Origin: Vibrio alginolyticus NBRC 15630 = ATCC 17749
Lineage (GTDB): Bacteria; Pseudomonadota; Gammaproteobacteria; Enterobacterales; Vibrionaceae
Length of the DNA stretch: 32,000 nt
Direction: 5' to 3'
Assembly (NCBI RefSeq): GCF_000354175.2
Contig: NC_022349.1
Coordinates: 2,580,001-2,612,000 of the forward strand
The translations under genes were made by a program, and so were the position numbers. Positions 8,388 through 15,486 of this stretch are shown here, in pieces; position 1 is the first letter of the stretch; every line of letters starts with the position of its first letter. The notes beneath the pieces were generated by a model. That model was not told the DNA's origin and searched no databases. It was given only the letters and a program-made list of their open reading frames with translations.

Positions 8388-9370
8388 TGCACTTTCCAGT
8401 CGCTGTTATATCTTGGTTTAAACAAATTGTAATAGTTATTGCCGTCTTCTTGAGAGTGCAGCAACTGTAGTACCCACATATATTGTTCGGGTTTATCACC
8501 GACAAAATATTCAATGGCTTCATTACAGGTACGAGCGTCTTGCTCTTCGCCTTTATCCAACTCAAACGCCGGTAAAATCTCAATATCAAACGTACCATCT
8601 TCAGTATTCATCGACGCAAATAGAGGCAGTACTTTTGAGCGTGATAGTTTCGCAATTTTGCCTAAACCAGGTAGCGTTGCTTTACGTGTTGCAAAAAAAT
8701 CCACAAACACACTATGCTCTGGGCCGTGATCTTGATCAGGTAGATAATACCCTACATAGCCATCTCGAATGGATTTCAGAAAAGGCTTAATGCCACCTGA
8801 GCGTTCATAAACACGACCACCGTATTGGACCCTTTGCTTGTGCATCAGCCAGTCAGCAACATCATTCTTTTGCTTCTTCGCCATTGCAGAAACTGGCATT
8901 CCCATTGAAGCGAGCAAGATAGCAGGCACATCAATAGCCCAAGAGTGGGGAACCATTAAAATTACATTTTCGTTGCTATCAATGTGCTGTCGTAAAATGT
9001 CTAGGCCGCGAATTTGGCAACGGTTCTGAAGCCATTTTGGTGAGCGTAAACTTAGTAACCCGAAGCGAAAAAAGAACATGGCCGCTGTGTAGAGTGTTTT
9101 TTCTATCAAAGCTTCACGTTCTTGGAACGATTTTTCCGGAAAACACAGCTCAAAGTTAACCCTCGCTCGATGAGCTGGACCTTTGTGGGATTTAGACAGT
9201 TTTTTGGCTATGGTTTTCGCCAACCACTTTTGTAAACCCAGTGGCATTAATGATAACGGTAAAAATAAGATAACACCTAACCACGTGCCCCAGTACTTAG
9301 GCGACAGAAAGTGGCGCTTAAACTCAGGGTTATATGCTTTGGGGTCGAAGTCATCACGTTTTATTGTCAT
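8384..9370 (-). CDS. lpxM: Lipid A secondary (late) acyltransferase, MsbB/LpxM-like
   Basis: 328 aa. YYLPDQDHGPEHSVFVDFFATRKATLPGLG and PHSWAIDVPAILLAS closely match E. coli MsbB (YYLPDQDHGPEHSEFVDFFATYKATLP). The acyl-chain specificity cannot be read from the sequence. Confidence 0.85.
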   Translation of the reverse strand: MTIKRDDFDPKAYNPEFKRHFLSPKYWGTWLGVILFLPLSLMPLGLQKWLAKTIAKKLSKSHKGPAHRARVNFELCFPEKSFQEREALIEKTLYTAAMFFFRFGLLSLRSPKWLQNRCQIRGLDILRQHIDSNENVILMVPHSWAIDVPAILLASMGMPVSAMAKKQKNDVADWLMHKQRVQYGGRVYERSGGIKPFLKSIRDGYVGYYLPDQDHGPEHSVFVDFFATRKATLPGLGKIAKLSRSKVLPLFASMNTEDGTFDIEILPAFELDKGEEQDARTCNEAIEYFVGDKPEQYMWVLQLLHSQEDGNNYYNLFKPRYNSDWKVQ

Positions 9371-9496
9371 GGCGTGTCTAGTTACCTATTCGTGTACGGG
9401 CGAAGTGGTTTAAATGAGAAAAAGATAGTTAGGAATGATACAGGCTATTGCACTTGAGTAAAGGTGGCAGGTTATGGTTCTACCACCTTGTGGTGC

Positions 9497-10438
9497 TTAA
9501 CTGTTTTGGATAGTTAAGTATTCGGCAACGCCTTCTGCAACTGTCTTGAATTCAACATCACAACCTGCGGTGCGCAGTTTGGTCAGATCCGCTTGTGTGA
9601 ATTCTTGGTAAGCGCCTTTTAGGTGCTCAGGGAATGGGATGGTTTCAATTTGGCCTTTGCCATGATGCTTGATAACTGCTTTTGCTACCTCTTCAAAAGA
9701 TTCAGCACGGCCAGTACCACAGTTAAAAATGCCTGATACGCCGTTTTCTAAGAACCACAGGTTTACTTTACATACATCACCAACGTAAACGAAGTCGCGT
9801 TTGAATGATTCGCTGCCCGCGAACAATTTAGGATTTTCACCTGCGTTAAGTTGGTTGTTTAGGTGGAATGCAACTGATGCCATGCTACCTTTGTGGTCTT
9901 CACGTGGGCCATATACGTTGAAGTAGCGGAAGCCGGTGATTTGAGAAAGGGTCTCACCATGTTCTTCAGCATCTTGCCATAGGCGACGAACGTAGTTATC
10001 AAACTGCTGTTTCGAGTAACCGTATACATTCAGTGCGCCTTCGTATTCGCGTTCTTCAACGAAAGTCTCTGTATCGCCGTAAGTGGCTGCTGAAGAAGCG
10101 TATAGGAATGGAATCTCGCGATCTAAACAGTAATGCAGCAGCTCTTTAGAGTACTCATAATTGTTTAGCATCATGTACTTACCATCCCACTCAGTCGTTG
10201 CAGAACAAGCACCTTCGTGGAAAATTGCCTCAATCGGACCAAAATCATCGCCCGCCATAATTTGGGTCAGAAAGTCGTCACGATCCATGTAATCTGTGAT
10301 GTCCAGATCAACTAAGTTCTTAAACTTTTTGCCATTTTTTAGGTTGTCGACAACCAGGATATCGTTAATACCAGCTTCGTTTAGTGCTTTAACAATGTTG
10401 CTGCCGATCATGCCAGCGCCACCAGTTACGATGATCAT
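9497..10438 (-). CDS. hldD: ADP-L-glycero-D-manno-heptose 6-epimerase
   Basis: 313 aa. It has [14 protein letters not shown] (Rossmann fold), YGYSK (catalytic Tyr/Lys), and near-complete similarity to Vibrio GmhD/RfaD as recalled. It is the classic left junction gene of Vibrio O/K-antigen loci. Confidence 0.95.
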   Translation of the reverse strand: MIIVTGGAGMIGSNIVKALNEAGINDILVVDNLKNGKKFKNLVDLDITDYMDRDDFLTQIMAGDDFGPIEAIFHEGACSATTEWDGKYMMLNNYEYSKELLHYCLDREIPFLYASSAATYGDTETFVEEREYEGALNVYGYSKQQFDNYVRRLWQDAEEHGETLSQITGFRYFNVYGPREDHKGSMASVAFHLNNQLNAGENPKLFAGSESFKRDFVYVGDVCKVNLWFLENGVSGIFNCGTGRAESFEEVAKAVIKHHGKGQIETIPFPEHLKGAYQEFTQADLTKLRTAGCDVEFKTVAEGVAEYLTIQNS

Positions 10439-10550
10439 AGAACTTCCACCATAGATTAAAATTTTCTCAGGAATTCTAGCAAGAAACGAAAAGTAGCGCT
10501 ATTGGAAGCAGGAAGATAGGTTTGAGTCTTCTATACTCAGTATCTAGATA

Positions 10551-10575
10551 TGAAAAAGGGAGCCGCAGCTCCCTT
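10551..10575 (-). terminator. Rho-independent terminator of the yjbEFGH-like operon
   Basis: The - strand reads AAGGGAGC-TGCG-GCTCCCTT followed by TTTCA (+ strand GGGAGC 10558-10563, GCTCCC 10568-10573, A-run 10553-10557). It lies about 10 nt after the yjbH stop at 10586. Confidence 0.85.
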
Positions 10576-10585
10576 GATTACTTTA

Positions 10586-12778
10586 TTATTCCACATCCGA
10601 ACGGTTAGGCCTTTGATACCAAGGATTTCGCTCGTCGGTCAACTCAATCAAGCTGTATTTACGTCCGAGTTTCTGTCCTCCGTCACGAGTAAGAGGCTGC
10701 CAACTAAAGTTCGCACGATTGTTGCTTGGCTTAACGGTCATGATGTCAAATGGAATCGACAAGTAGAAACCTTTGGTAAAGCTACCTTCACCAAATTCAT
10801 CCGCAGACAAGTCTGTAAATGACGCAAAGGCACCAGCAATTACGCCACTCTTGAACTGCTTAGAAACATTAATTTGTGTACCAACATCACCAGCTAGGAA
10901 CTGACCAACATCGACTTGGATCATCAAATCTTGTAGGAATTCCCATTGAGGGTAGTAGTAACCAGATACAAAACCAGTGAAGCCTTTATCAATAACTTGG
11001 AACGGACGTCCATATTCTGGCACGTTTTGCCATTTATCATCGTAAACACCGAAGTAACTTTGTGGATCACGTTGAGAAATTAAGTTGACGTCAGCGCCAA
11101 TCGCCCAGTTAGCTCCTTGTGGACGGTAAAGAAACTCGGTACCGACTCCAGCAAACATACTCTCCAGATAGCCCGCGTAGAATTGCTGATCCATCGTATC
11201 GGAATACTCTTGGAACCAAGTCAATTGTAAGTTTGACATGGTTACAGCATGTTCATTTTGGTAAGCGCGGAACATGGTGCGAACACGAGGAACAGTAGTG
11301 CCATCAGGTGGAGTGACATAAATAAACTTATCGTAGTTGTTATACCAATCCCAGTATAACGAACCGCCAATTTCAAGGTTGTCCGTCAGCCAATATGAGG
11401 CATTACCGCTTAGCCCTACACTAAAGAGATAGAAATCTTCAGCGTTTCCGAGAGTTTGAACTAGTTTAGGTGCAAAGCCCCAATCAAAACGTTCAAAACC
11501 ATCGTAGATAGATTCTCCCGTAGGCTTAGTAGTAGCCCTTGAGGTTGCATCTTCTATTTTCGGATTGATGTAATTAACTTGGGCAAAGTCGCGATATTTC
11601 TCTTTGGAAATAATCGTTTGTTCACCGACTAAGCCTCGGCTACGTTCATTGATCGCATAGGTATCAATATCGTCAGGCATTTCATTATGGAGTACAGCTG
11701 CCGCTTTTTCGTGTGCCTCTGTACGGTCACGATATTTTTTCTGCTCACCAACGACAGTTACGGTATTGTTATCAACATAAACACGCGTGTTTCGATAGCC
11801 AGCAATTTTGTCTAAATCTTCTGTTACACGTTCCCAATCAACATCAGACAGTTCTTTGGGTTGGTTATCTTCCACTTCTGGGGTTGGTGTGTCTCGCCAG
11901 AATGATGGCATGTCATTGAAATTAGTGTTTAGCGTTAAGCCTGCTACTAAAGTATCGCCGCGTTCATAACTTAAACGAAAATCGGCCATGCCTAGACGGT
12001 AGAGAACACCAAAGTTCCATGGTGTGTGGGGAGACATATCTATACCGGCCTGAACAACTGGATAGTCTGTGCTGTAATCGTTACCGTCATATTCAAGCTT
12101 GAAGCGAAGAGGCTTATGAAGAGTTTGATATTCAATACCACCAAAAAGGGCAGCAGGGCCTTTAAAGGCTCTATCGAAGTTAGTTGTTCCGCCAGTAGAT
12201 AGAAATTCTGAAGGTCTATCGCAGAATTTGTCTGATGCTTTACAAAAAGGGTTTGTGACCGTATCTCTAGTTCCTAGGTAGCCCCAGCCCATACCTAAAG
12301 TAAAATCAAAAGTACCTAATTTCGAATTAGAATATCGTTTTGTCGCCGCAAGAAACTCAGCATCAAAAAGACCAGTACCAGCAAAGTCTCGTACCCCTAG
12401 GGCGATTTCTGGCATGTATTCAGATTCTTCCCATAATCTAAATTTAAAATCTATCCCCTTGTCTGTATATTCATTGTCAACATCGGGGAAGGATGACGAA
12501 TAAGGCAGATCGTGAACTCGAGTGTACCGGATAGTTGTTTCTAACCACGGCATGAGTTGCAGAGTCACATTGTAAAAAAGGTACTCATCACTACCTGTTA
12601 CAGAAAAGTTGAACTCCCCTTCATGAGCCATACGTCCGGTTGGCATCTGCATTAAGCCAACACCACCAAAGTCAGATTGAGAAGGCTGTAAAGAGGGAGC
12701 CTCAAAGGGCATGTCTTGAGCCCAAACCAATGCAGGGCCCATTAAAGAAAGGGCTAAGCTTTTTCTAATTGGCATCAT
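10586..12778 (-). CDS. yjbH: YjbH/GfcD-family outer-membrane exopolysaccharide biogenesis protein
   Basis: 730 aa with a signal peptide (MMPIRKSLALSLMGPALVWAQD). It has aromatic/Gly-rich beta-barrel-like composition and the size and position of YjbH. It is the fourth gene of an E-F-G-H order operon, with an ATGA overlap to yjbG. Confidence 0.8.
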   Translation of the reverse strand: MMPIRKSLALSLMGPALVWAQDMPFEAPSLQPSQSDFGGVGLMQMPTGRMAHEGEFNFSVTGSDEYLFYNVTLQLMPWLETTIRYTRVHDLPYSSSFPDVDNEYTDKGIDFKFRLWEESEYMPEIALGVRDFAGTGLFDAEFLAATKRYSNSKLGTFDFTLGMGWGYLGTRDTVTNPFCKASDKFCDRPSEFLSTGGTTNFDRAFKGPAALFGGIEYQTLHKPLRFKLEYDGNDYSTDYPVVQAGIDMSPHTPWNFGVLYRLGMADFRLSYERGDTLVAGLTLNTNFNDMPSFWRDTPTPEVEDNQPKELSDVDWERVTEDLDKIAGYRNTRVYVDNNTVTVVGEQKKYRDRTEAHEKAAAVLHNEMPDDIDTYAINERSRGLVGEQTIISKEKYRDFAQVNYINPKIEDATSRATTKPTGESIYDGFERFDWGFAPKLVQTLGNAEDFYLFSVGLSGNASYWLTDNLEIGGSLYWDWYNNYDKFIYVTPPDGTTVPRVRTMFRAYQNEHAVTMSNLQLTWFQEYSDTMDQQFYAGYLESMFAGVGTEFLYRPQGANWAIGADVNLISQRDPQSYFGVYDDKWQNVPEYGRPFQVIDKGFTGFVSGYYYPQWEFLQDLMIQVDVGQFLAGDVGTQINVSKQFKSGVIAGAFASFTDLSADEFGEGSFTKGFYLSIPFDIMTVKPSNNRANFSWQPLTRDGGQKLGRKYSLIELTDERNPWYQRPNRSDVE

Positions 12779-13533
12779 TGTGGTCTCTTTTTGGAATTTG
12801 GTATCAATTGAGTGAGTAGGCGGATAATATCTTGGTCCATTTCGGAATATTCAAGATCACCAAACGGAATATATAACAATGTCAGAGGTGGTAAGTAATA
12901 TTGTGTTGTTAACCAAGCTCCGTGATGCGGCTTAACTATGTGACCATCTGGATAGATCAACACTGGCGGTGTTGATAACGCACCAATATTAGTTTTCAAA
13001 TTCTCTATCTGTCTCTGCAAAGGGATGCCAGCTTGCTCCGTAATGGAATACACGCTATTTAGGTTTCCCAAGAAGTACACTTTCTCTTCGCGCAGAGGGC
13101 TTGCGAGCAGGAAATTGCCGCGCAACAGTGGGTTGTCGAATTTATTTAGTCGAATTTTATCAACATCGATCGCAGACAGTAAGCGCGGTGCAAAGCTTTG
13201 CTTCTGAATGAACTTGTAGAATGGATGTGCGACCAAATTGTGTTGAATCATTTGATTGAGCACCGAGTTCTTTAAAGCGGTTGAGGTTTTCTCGGCGCGT
13301 TCCGATTTATCAAACAAAGTGGTACCAAGAGAGTATTGCAGAGAGACGCCTTGCTCCCTAGCAAGTGCTAACACACTTTCTAAACGAGCCGTCCCTTGAA
13401 ATTGTAGCCGTTTGCCTGCTTCTAGCAATTCAACATTTAATGGTTGCAATGCAGAGGTTTCTGTTTGAGCGAAGCTAGACATGCTCAAAAGCGGCATGAC
13501 CAAACCGAATACTGTGAGTAGTTGCTTGCTCAT
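12775..13533 (-). CDS. yjbG: YjbG/GfcC-family periplasmic capsule biogenesis protein
   Basis: 252 aa with a signal peptide (LLSMSSFAQ). Operon position and size match YjbG/GfcC. It overlaps both neighbours by 4 nt. Confidence 0.7.
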   Translation of the reverse strand: MSKQLLTVFGLVMPLLSMSSFAQTETSALQPLNVELLEAGKRLQFQGTARLESVLALAREQGVSLQYSLGTTLFDKSERAEKTSTALKNSVLNQMIQHNLVAHPFYKFIQKQSFAPRLLSAIDVDKIRLNKFDNPLLRGNFLLASPLREEKVYFLGNLNSVYSITEQAGIPLQRQIENLKTNIGALSTPPVLIYPDGHIVKPHHGAWLTTQYYLPPLTLLYIPFGDLEYSEMDQDIIRLLTQLIPNSKKRPQ

Positions 13534-14210
13534 GATTTGCTGTATCCCTTCAAAATGGTTAACTCGACCGGAATCATATTTGGCCCTAGATGTTGTATGG
13601 TTTTAACAACTTGACCTTGTTCATTGACCCAATAGTAGTTTTCGACCGATTGAGAAAGACTGCTAAACTCAACAACTTCTTTATATACGTTGGTCATAGT
13701 GCTAGAAATAGGTGTTGTTAACGTTTCTTGGCCTGAGTAAGAACGCGTTATATTTGCAGGAAAGCCATAACGGTATTGTGTTGCCCAATCGTATGAAAGT
13801 GCGTAGTTGACAGAGGTTGAGTGTAAAGAAAAATCTGGAACGTCACCGTAAACACCCGCTAAGTCGCCACTCTGTAGTCCAATCGTTTTGACGATGTGCC
13901 CATTTTCTGTAACGATCATGGCTTTATCGGCGCTTACCCATTTCAATTGTATTTTTCCATTTTGCGGATTTCGTTCCGCGAAAGCTAAAACGACAAACAC
14001 CTGCTTCTGATTTCCAAGTTTCAAATAGGCACTGGCATATGGAATAGCATTGATTTCTTCTGGTGTCATCTCTACATCGATGTAGTTACCGTAGGCTTCT
14101 TGGACGGTTGCTGAAACATCGTTGAATTTCTGTGTACAGCCAAAGAGTACAAGGAGTAATGGAAGAATGAGGAGTTGGCGTATCCATTTAGGTATTCGGA
14201 AGATATTCAT
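13530..14210 (-). CDS. yjbF: YjbF/GfcB-family lipoprotein
   Basis: 226 aa. It has a lipobox LLVLFGC at the end of a signal peptide and a good RBS (AGAGGGA) upstream of the ATG at 14210. Its position sits between the yjbE-like and yjbG-like genes. Confidence 0.75.
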   Translation of the reverse strand: MNIFRIPKWIRQLLILPLLLVLFGCTQKFNDVSATVQEAYGNYIDVEMTPEEINAIPYASAYLKLGNQKQVFVVLAFAERNPQNGKIQLKWVSADKAMIVTENGHIVKTIGLQSGDLAGVYGDVPDFSLHSTSVNYALSYDWATQYRYGFPANITRSYSGQETLTTPISSTMTNVYKEVVEFSSLSQSVENYYWVNEQGQVVKTIQHLGPNMIPVELTILKGYSKS

Positions 14211-14221
14211 TGATCCCTCTT

Positions 14222-14256
14222 ACAAATAAAATCGCCCTGACTTAATCAGGGCGATT
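14222..14256 (-). terminator. Intra-operon rho-independent terminator/attenuator between the yjbE-like gene and yjbF
   Basis: A perfect 10-11 bp stem, ATCGCCCTGA (14231-14240) with TCAGGGCGAT (14246-14255), has a 5-nt loop. On the - strand it is followed by TTTTATTTG. It sits 24 nt after the yjbE stop and immediately before the yjbF RBS. Confidence 0.8.
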
Positions 14257-14279
14257 GGCTTCTGTTCTACAAAACGAAA

Positions 14280-14498
14280 TTAGTTAGAAGTAGAAGTAGA
14301 AGTAGATGTCGAAGTAGATGTTGAGTCGCTATCTGACGCTGCAACTGCTACTACAGTTACTGCGGCTGCTGCACCTACACCTACAGCTGTAGTGCCAGTT
14401 GCTGACGCAGAAGCTGCGCCTGTTGAGCCTGCTTCTTCTGCTGCAAATGCAGTTGTTGCGCTTAGAGCCATAAGAATAGCTAGAGCTGTATTCTTCAT
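14280..14498 (-). CDS. yjbE: Small secreted Ala/Gly/Ser/Thr-rich protein, YjbE/GfcA-like
   Basis: I prefer the internal ATG at 14498, which has AAGGA 7 nt upstream and gives MKNTALAILMALSATTAFA as a signal peptide. The mature peptide is low-complexity A/G/S/T and ends in SDSDSTSTSTSTSTSTSN. It is the first gene of the yjbEFGH-like operon. Confidence 0.7.
   Translation of the reverse strand: MKNTALAILMALSATTAFAAEEAGSTGAASASATGTTAVGVGAAAAVTVVAVAASDSDSTSTSTSTSTSTSN
14286..14321. repeat. Hexanucleotide tandem repeat (AGAAGT)n encoding the (Ser-Thr)n tail
   Basis: There are six consecutive hexamers. Three are perfect AGAAGT (14286-14303). They are followed by AGATGT, CGAAGT and AGATGT. Confidence 0.9.
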
Positions 14499-14779
14499 TA
14501 TTAATCCTTGTGTATCCGGTATAAAAACATCGATGTTTGGTAGCATAAAAAATGCTCCAAATTATATTCTAGATAAAAAAGCCTTAGCATGTAAATAGTT
14601 TCTTATTTTGCTATGGCTTTCGATCTCATTTCTAACACCAGCGTGACATTGCACGGTTATCTTGCTCCCTTGCTTGCTGATAAACTATCAAGAGTGCATA
14701 ATTTGTCTGCCTATTTCCTTCAGCACTAGAGGTTTGAAGTCAATAGGTCGTTTTTACTTAGACCATATAGAAAGCGATA

Positions 14780-14816
14780 CAGTGGCTTACGCTCCATGCC
14801 TCAGGGCGGTAGCGTG
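14780..14816 (+). promoter_or_regulatory. JUMPstart element containing an ops site (RfaH-dependent antitermination signal)
   Basis: CAGTGGCTTACGCTCCATGCCTCAGGGCGGTAGCGTG. It starts with the JUMPstart-type CAGTG and ends with the ops core GGCGGTAGCGTG (14805-14816). It is on the + strand, in the untranslated leader upstream of the long + operon. Confidence 0.9.
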
Positions 14817-14903
14817 CCAGCTCTTCAGTATTTAATGATCTGCATAGCAAAATTTAACTTTGCCTTGTCAGTCAATATTATTACCAGTACTAGGAACTTT
14901 TAC

Positions 14904-15422
14904 GTGATAAGAAAGCAGCATTGTTTGGGAATACTTGGTGCACTGGGCTTGAGCCTGAGTTCTTTTTCAGCGTCAGCCGATTTTTACGCAGGCGCTCTAG
15001 TGAGCTACTCAAATGCAGAACTGAAAAGCTCATCTTCTGAGTCCGTGAAAGAGGGAAGCCCCTTTCTTCTTAGTGCTCAAGCAGGATACTTCTTTAATGA
15101 CTACATTGGTTTAGAAGGTCGTTACGGGACATCAGTTCAACGTGACAGTGGTCTTGCCGTTGATAGCGCTTTGAGCGGCTTTGTTAAGTTGAATATGCCG
15201 GTTTCAGAGCGAGTTGCACTTTACGGTTTAGCTGGGTATTCAAGCGTTCAGCTTGATCTACAAAATGTAGGTTCTCACAAAGAACAAGGATTTAGTTTTG
15301 GGTTAGGTATGCACTACGCTTTAAATAACCAAAGCGCGGTGATATTTGAGTTCGTTGATAACGTCTCTGAAGACCAAGTTCGCCTTAACTCGATTACACT
15401 GGGTTTTCAGCACCGATTCTAA
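14904..15422 (+). CDS. Small outer-membrane beta-barrel protein (OmpA-like/opacity-porin family fold)
   Basis: I prefer the GTG start at 14904, which has AGGA upstream. It gives the signal peptide ...LGLSLSSFSASA/DFYAG. The protein shows an alternating amphipathic pattern and a C-terminal ITLGFQHRF with terminal Phe, typical of OMPs. The longer ATG-initiated ORF would overlap the ops element. Confidence 0.75.
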   Translation: MIRKQHCLGILGALGLSLSSFSASADFYAGALVSYSNAELKSSSSESVKEGSPFLLSAQAGYFFNDYIGLEGRYGTSVQRDSGLAVDSALSGFVKLNMPVSERVALYGLAGYSSVQLDLQNVGSHKEQGFSFGLGMHYALNNQSAVIFEFVDNVSEDQVRLNSITLGFQHRF

Positions 15423-15486
15423 TTTAAATACCTAGAGCTCAAACTTGGGGCTAGGGTCTTTTATTCAATTATTATAGTGACATACC

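Noticed and set aside
9461-9489. Hairpin AAGGTGG...CCACCTT just downstream of hldD (- strand) as a terminator.
   Set aside because: It has only a 7-bp stem with a 15-nt loop and only TTT after it on the - strand. That is too weak to call, and hldD may read through into the lpxM-waaA genes.
14499-14546. Longer start (MLPNIDVFIPDTQGLI...) for the yjbE-like ORF.
   Set aside because: The internal ATG at 14498 has a well-spaced AAGGA and begins a canonical signal peptide (MKNTALAILMALSATTAFA). The 16 extra residues have no supporting RBS.
14796-14903. ATG-initiated N-terminal extension of the small OMP ORF (MPQGGSVPALQYLMICIAKFNF...).
   Set aside because: It would be translated across the ops/JUMPstart element, and the extension does not look like protein sequence. 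The GTG at 14904 has an AGGA upstream and is followed immediately by a proper signal peptide.
15431-15465. CCTAG...CTAGG stem followed by GTCTTTTATT between the OMP gene and wza, as a possible attenuator overridden by RfaH.
   Set aside because: Only 5 contiguous base pairs with mismatches beyond them, which is not distinguishable from chance.
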